Part shown: one piece after another, positions 58,981 to 64,000 of the stretch
Numbering within the stretch: the stretch's first letter is position 1
Layout of the letters: each line of letters opens with the position of its first letter
DNA from: Eutreptiella sp. 'Long Island Sound 2002'
Taxonomy: Eukaryota; Protista; Euglenida
DNA length: 64,000 nucleotides
Direction: 5' to 3'
NCBI GenBank assembly: GCA_964036045.1
Contig: OZ038378.1
Coordinates: 179,924,001-179,988,000, forward strand
Made by a program: the position numbers and the translations under genes
Notes under the pieces: generated by a model
Database searches by the model: none
What the model was told of the DNA's origin: nothing
The model's input: the letters and a program-made list of their open reading frames with translations, nothing else

Positions 58981-61900
58981 ATGTCTTCCATCGAGAACGA
59001 CGTTCGCGAGGTCCGACTTGACTATACAAACTGGGATGATTTGCTGGGTCCCGAGGTCCAAGCGCTCAAAGACAAAGCGATGCACCTACATCGGGGCCTG
59101 TTTATAAGTTCGCCCCAGGCCCCAATGGAGGCGGAGGAGGAGCACATCACGCCTGGTCCATGTCCCCCGCTCAGGGGCCAGCCGTTGCTGCAAACCACCA
59201 GTGCCCTCTTCTTTCTGCAGTTGGGCTACGTACCGGAACTTCCGATGCGGCCATTCCTACGGACTCTTCCCGAAGAACGGTGGCCCTTGTCTTTCATATC
59301 GCAGATGCTGACTGATTTTGATGCCGATATCTCGAACCAGGACTGGGTGGGTCATATCCACTGGAGCCGGCTGACTTCCAATGAATTGCTCAGCCTCTTT
59401 GTGTGGAGCTATGACTTCACAACGGAGCCCTGCCCCACCCCTACCCTCTCCCTGAGGCATCCTCACCAGATCCGTCGTTACGTCAATTGCGCCCTGTGGG
59501 AGGAGTACTCGAGGCCGCCGAAGTGTCCTGCTGTCGGCAGCCGAGCAGACAGAGACGAAGGCCAACAGCAGCAACAAGCCCAAGAGGAGACAGCCAAAAG
59601 AGACGAGTCGAAAGCTTCACCGTTGTACTTCTGGCGGCCTTTTGTGTTCTTCCTTGACAAAGCGCTGCAGAAGCTGAAGCCGTACCCCGGATTCCTCTTC
59701 CAGGTGCAGCCTGCAAACCAGCGGGAGAATTGGTACGAGGTTGGGAATGTTGTGACGTGGCCTGCCTTCTCCCCGGTGACGGCTAGTATGTCGGAGGCCC
59801 GATGGATTAAGGCGCAGATCGAGGGGCGGAAGAACAAGGAGCGGATGAAGGCCAACGTTCTGATGCTGCGGACATCCAAAGGCCGGCTGCTGCCCCCGTT
59901 CCGCCATCTGTACGGCAGGCGAGAGGTTCTGATCCCCCCAAACGTAGTGTTTGAGGTGGCGCCTAGCGCCACCCTAGCGGAGCTCCAGGCCTTGCAGTGT
60001 GTCATGGAGAGGGATGGGCTGCACGAGTGGTCGCTCTCGCGGGATTGGACGACGGTGTGGGGCGGGGGCCTGCCCCATGACATGGCAGGCCCCGTGAAGG
60101 ACTTCCCGGTCTCAGACATGGACGTGGTTCTACTCGAAGAAAAGCACAAAAAGCTGTCGCCGCAGGACAACTACTCTCCGCACTACGTCGAGGAGCGTAT
60201 CGTGGAACTCGTCGAGGCACTCCAGGGCCGCACCCAGAAGTGGTCCCGCGTTCTCAAAGCCACTTCGGGCGGCACCGGAACCGCCGAGTGGGAGAACGTC
60301 GAATGCGAGAAGTGGAAGTTGGCCGTCTTTACGGCCTCGGACGGGATTGTGTTCAGCGATTCAGATTTCGAGTTCATGGCGGACCTCCTCAACGGCAACC
60401 GGGACGGGCGCATTGCGGTGCAGGAGATCGTGGCGGCGCACGAGACGTTGCCCGTGATCGATCGGCTGCTGAAGGGGAGGGACGATTGCGACCTGCCGGA
60501 GCTGGCGGCCGTTGTGGAGAAGTTCGCGGGGAACGCCAGCGTCGCGGAGGCGGCCTTCAAGGCCATGATCCGCGGCATCAAAAAGATGACGTGGGAGCCC
60601 GAAGGGCCGAAGCATTGGTGGTACGACTCCACGTGGCACACCATCTACGGGCATGTCAGCCGCGACACTCACGCTCGGAAGCATTCCCAGGCCTACGTGA
60701 TCGGCCTGCCGACCGACCCCATTGAGGAGGAGATCCACCGCCAGGACCGCCGGGACAAAGAGAAGGTGTACTCTAAGGGCGCCGTGTGCGTCGCGCCCGT
60801 CTTCCAGGCCATGCGGCGGCACCCCGGCGCCGTGGTGCTGCAGCAGCACGCGTTGGGGGTGCTGCGGTTCCTGCTGCGGGCCCCCGCGAACTGCGAGCGG
60901 GTCTCCTCAGCCGAGGTGGACTGCATCGTGGAGGCCATGCAGCAGCACGTCCGCAGTGCGCGGGTCCAGGAGGCGGCCTGCGGCGCCCTGTGGGCACTCG
61001 CCTCCAACGCCCTCGCCGTGGACATGCTCCACGTGTCCACCCTGTTCTCCCAGGCCGTCGTGGGCATCGTCCGGGCCCTGCGGTGGCACGTGCCCCACAC
61101 GGGGGTGCAGCTGGCGGGGCTCGGGGCTCTGGGGCGGATCGCCGGGCACGCCAAGTGCTGGGGGACCCGCAGGATCGTCCAGGAGGAGGGAGGCTTCGAG
61201 GCCGTTGTCGCCTCGATGCGGTTCCACAGGGCGTCGCATGGGCTGACCCAGGCCACCCAAGGCGTGATCGATCAGCAGTGCTCGTCCGGTGCGGCCCGCC
61301 AGGACCAGTTGGCGGCTCTGCAGGAGTTTGGGTGTTGGGCGTTGGCCGCCCTTGCCTGCAACAACGGCGAGGACACGGTCGCGGACCGCATCCTGCACAT
61401 CGCAGCAGCGGGCGGCATCACGGCGGTGATGGAGGCGATGCATCTGCACAAGTCCCGTCCTCGGGTGCAGGAGGCGGGCTGCGAGGTGCTGAGCATGCTC
61501 GCCACTGTCCCGGAATTGCGATGTGTCATCGCAGGCACACACAATCTGACCCCGGTAACGCCAGTCTATCGCCCATGCGACGTGGAGTGCTGCACGTGGC
61601 TGAATCGACCCCATCCCGGATGGCTGTCCAACGACTGCCATTTCCATCTCAACGTGTACGAAACGGCAGGTTTGGCCTTCGAGTTCCTCGAGCCTCTCGT
61701 GATCAGGACGGTCGAAGTCACCGTCCGGATTTCGGACACCGAAGGCGTCGGAGCGCCCATCTTCCACATCGGCAACAATCACCTCACCGACAAGTATCGT
61801 GGACTTTATTTCGGTGGTGACGCCTTATGTGCCGTGCAAACCTTCGGATGCACCCGCGTGCACACCACGCGCTGGCCTTACGGGGGCGGCAAAAACCCGA

Positions 61901-64000
61901 CGGATGGGCACTGGCATCGTGTGGCGTTCGCAGGCGACAAGCTCTACGTCGACGGCGCGCTGTCGATTTCCGGGCTCCCATATTGGGACTGCGCGTGTCA
62001 CGATCTGTGGATTGGGTGGAGGGCGCCGTCGTGCGGGACGTCGTGGACCGCCTGCCCGTCCGCTGCGCCCGGGAACAAGGGACAGCTGCAGCTCCGCGAG
62101 ATCCGCGTGTGGTCCGTCGCGCGCACTCGGGAGGAGATCGCCGCCTGCGCGCCCCACGGGCCCGGACTGGAGACCTGGCTGCCCCTGCAAAAGGGCCCAG
62201 GCTCTGGACCCGGCCTCGGCCCCAGCCCGGGCCCCCGGGAGCTCCAAGACACCACCTCAAAGACGTGGACTGTGGTGGGGCCCCACTCCTTCGAGCGCAG
62301 GTGCTGGGACCATGTCTTCGGCGCCACCCTCATCGTGCAGGCGCTGCAGCGGCATCGCACCCATCTCGGGGTGCTGCGCGCCGCCTGCCACGCGCTGCTG
62401 AACCTGACCGTCGACGACGGCGTTGCCGTCCAAATTGTGAGGAACGAGATGACGGTCGACGACGGCGTTGCCCTCCCGATCGTCAAGACCGAGACCGGCG
62501 TCAAGGCCATCGTGGACGCCATCCGGATCTGCCGGAAGTGGGAGGACCCGTTCCCCACAACGCAGTCACTGGTGTCGACGAAGTGCTTCCCGCCGCCGAA
62601 GGACCGCGCGCTGGACCAGAACTGGGAGCGGAAGCCGGTGTGGGCGAGCAACCCCGCGGTCACGAACCTGTCGGCCACGAACATCGGGGAGAGGATGGTC
62701 CTGGTCATGCAGTTTGGCGTAGGCGCACTGCGGAACATGGCAGAGGTGGACGTGAACCGCGCCCCGCTGACTGCGCCCCAGCGGAAGGCTGTGTACGTGA
62801 TATCAGACGCACTGCGAGCGCACCTTCCAGAGCGAGCGCTGCAGAAGGCAGGCTGTGAAGCCTTGCGGTATCTGGCGGCGGAAACCCAGAAAGAGAGTGA
62901 GACTCAGACCCGCCCTCTGGAACGCAGAAGGCTGATCTACGAGAAGAACGGGTTCAAAGCGTTAATCAAGGCAATGGAATTCCAGAAGGACGAGGCGGTG
63001 CAGTACCCGAGCTGCGAGGCGCTGCTGAGCCTGACCATGTGCCCTGAGTTGCACGCAGACTTGGTGGGCCCGGTAAAGGGACAGGGAATCTACAAGGCGA
63101 TCAGAATTGTGCATGAGCACAAAAAGGCGGATGCCTACCTGCAGACGCTTTGCTTCAGGATGCTGTACCACTTGACTCTGGAACATGCTGATAAGCTGGA
63201 ACAGAAAGGGGTGAATGCCTTTTATAATGCCATGGCCTTTCACAAGGACGAGAGGGAGGTACAATATTGGGGTGAGAAGGTGCTGGACCGGCTCCGAGAA
63301 CAGAAGCGCATAAACCCTCAGTTGGCCATCGAACTTCGAGACACCCCACAACGACAACGAGAGAACAAGAAGAAGACGCAAACTGCACTGAGCGACGCGT
63401 CCCAGGGTGAGAATAAGACAGTTGCATCGCCCTCTGCTGACGATGCGAAGGATCGTAAGGAGAGTGTTGATCGTGCCTTGGAAGAACAGCGGGTCGTATT
63501 GGAAGACGCGAGGGCTGCGTTGGAGGCCGAGAAAGCTGATTGGGCAGCGCGGTGGGCAAAATGGCAAGAGGAGAGCGCGGCATTCGAACGAAAGAGTGCT
63601 GCACGGTGGTGTTTGGAGGTTCAGCAGCAGAGCGAAGATACACCCAAAGAGGAGACTGAAGAGCAGAACGATGCTGCGTCGGAGTCGAGCAGAGATTCAG
63701 ACAAAGCATCCAAAGCGGAGACCGAAGCTCTCAACGATGCAGCCCTGAAGCAGAACAACCAGTCACACAAAAGCAAGCAGGCAGCATCAGGCAAGCAGGC
63801 AGCATCAGGCAGGCAGGCGGCATCAAAGAAGACTAAAAAACAAGATGGCATAGTGTCCAAGGAAAGCGAAGATGCTGATAAACAGAAGCAACAGCATGAT
63901 GGGAGTGAGGACGAAGAGGACAAAGAGGAGGATGAAGCAGAGGACAGAGTGGCGAATGCACAGGATAGAGCAGAGGAGGATGCAGACGACACCAAGGAAG
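58981..64000 (+). CDS. Intronless protein of at least 1673 aa (3'-incomplete): degenerate ART-like domain, ARM-like repeats, LamG/ConA-like insert, coiled coil, acidic tail
   Basis: Manual translation from MSSIENDVREV shows no stop to the window end. ELLSLFVWSY..YVNCAL..WRPFVFFLDKALQKLKPYPG..VTWPAFS..GRLL..REVLIPPNVVFEV (ART-like). AMQQHVRSARVQEAACGALWALA repeats. DGHWHRVAF..LYVDG..LWIG..REIRVWSVART (LamG-like). Confidence 0.9.
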   Translation, partial: MSSIENDVREVRLDYTNWDDLLGPEVQALKDKAMHLHRGLFISSPQAPMEAEEEHITPGPCPPLRGQPLLQTTSALFFLQLGYVPELPMRPFLRTLPEERWPLSFISQMLTDFDADISNQDWVGHIHWSRLTSNELLSLFVWSYDFTTEPCPTPTLSLRHPHQIRRYVNCALWEEYSRPPKCPAVGSRADRDEGQQQQQAQEETAKRDESKASPLYFWRPFVFFLDKALQKLKPYPGFLFQVQPANQRENWYEVGNVVTWPAFSPVTASMSEARWIKAQIEGRKNKERMKANVLMLRTSKGRLLPPFRHLYGRREVLIPPNVVFEVAPSATLAELQALQCVMERDGLHEWSLSRDWTTVWGGGLPHDMAGPVKDFPVSDMDVVLLEEKHKKLSPQDNYSPHYVEERIVELVEALQGRTQKWSRVLKATSGGTGTAEWENVECEKWKLAVFTASDGIVFSDSDFEFMADLLNGNRDGRIAVQEIVAAHETLPVIDRLLKGRDDCDLPELAAVVEKFAGNASVAEAAFKAMIRGIKKMTWEPEGPKHWWYDSTWHTIYGHVSRDTHARKHSQAYVIGLPTDPIEEEIHRQDRRDKEKVYSKGAVCVAPVFQAMRRHPGAVVLQQHALGVLRFLLRAPANCERVSSAEVDCIVEAMQQHVRSARVQEAACGALWALASNALAVDMLHVSTLFSQAVVGIVRALRWHVPHTGVQLAGLGALGRIAGHAKCWGTRRIVQEEGGFEAVVASMRFHRASHGLTQATQGVIDQQCSSGAARQDQLAALQEFGCWALAALACNNGEDTVADRILHIAAAGGITAVMEAMHLHKSRPRVQEAGCEVLSMLATVPELRCVIAGTHNLTPVTPVYRPCDVECCTWLNRPHPGWLSNDCHFHLNVYETAGLAFEFLEPLVIRTVEVTVRISDTEGVGAPIFHIGNNHLTDKYRGLYFGGDALCAVQTFGCTRVHTTRWPYGGGKNPTDGHWHRVAFAGDKLYVDGALSISGLPYWDCACHDLWIGWRAPSCGTSWTACPSAAPGNKGQLQLREIRVWSVARTREEIAACAPHGPGLETWLPLQKGPGSGPGLGPSPGPRELQDTTSKTWTVVGPHSFERRCWDHVFGATLIVQALQRHRTHLGVLRAACHALLNLTVDDGVAVQIVRNEMTVDDGVALPIVKTETGVKAIVDAIRICRKWEDPFPTTQSLVSTKCFPPPKDRALDQNWERKPVWASNPAVTNLSATNIGERMVLVMQFGVGALRNMAEVDVNRAPLTAPQRKAVYVISDALRAHLPERALQKAGCEALRYLAAETQKESETQTRPLERRRLIYEKNGFKALIKAMEFQKDEAVQYPSCEALLSLTMCPELHADLVGPVKGQGIYKAIRIVHEHKKADAYLQTLCFRMLYHLTLEHADKLEQKGVNAFYNAMAFHKDEREVQYWGEKVLDRLREQKRINPQLAIELRDTPQRQRENKKKTQTALSDASQGENKTVASPSADDAKDRKESVDRALEEQRVVLEDARAALEAEKADWAARWAKWQEESAAFERKSAARWCLEVQQQSEDTPKEETEEQNDAASESSRDSDKASKAETEALNDAALKQNNQSHKSKQAASGKQAASGRQAASKKTKKQDGIVSKESEDADKQKQQHDGSEDEEDKEEDEAEDRVANAQDRAEEDADDTKE

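Noticed and set aside
59257-63995. Many overlapping short ORFs on both strands listed in the track
   Set aside because: They are shadows of the single long plus-strand frame starting at 58981.

Overview
Repeat-rich eukaryotic nuclear DNA, probably from a euglenid. The evidence for that is a spliced-leader-like relic at 58953-58973, GT-AG introns and long G/C homopolymer runs; the taxon call is an inference. Two host genes are well supported. The first is a Y-family translesion DNA polymerase (Pol eta-like, C-terminal PIP box) in two exons, 34516-35418 and 46161-46988, split by a 10,742-nt intron full of transposon relics. The second is an intronless ORF of at least 1673 codons (58981 to beyond the window end, missing from the ORF track). 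It encodes a degenerate ADP-ribosyltransferase-like domain, armadillo-like repeats, a LamG-like insert and a coiled-coil/acidic tail, and a euglenid SL-like sequence lies directly upstream. The rest is mostly mobile DNA: a near full-length decayed LINE (C4 Zn finger, ubiquitin-like domain ending RGG, RRM-like, 2A-like motif, APE, RT, RNase H, CCHC), a second L1/Tx1-like LINE lineage with C-terminal RNase H, a decayed pogo-like transposon with two related MITE families, a chromodomain fragment, DIRS-like relics, a decayed two-intron gene whose introns are hairpins built from one motif, and several satellites. Stops in the relics repeatedly fall in a CTAG context. All calls were made by manual reading and translation; no database searches were run.
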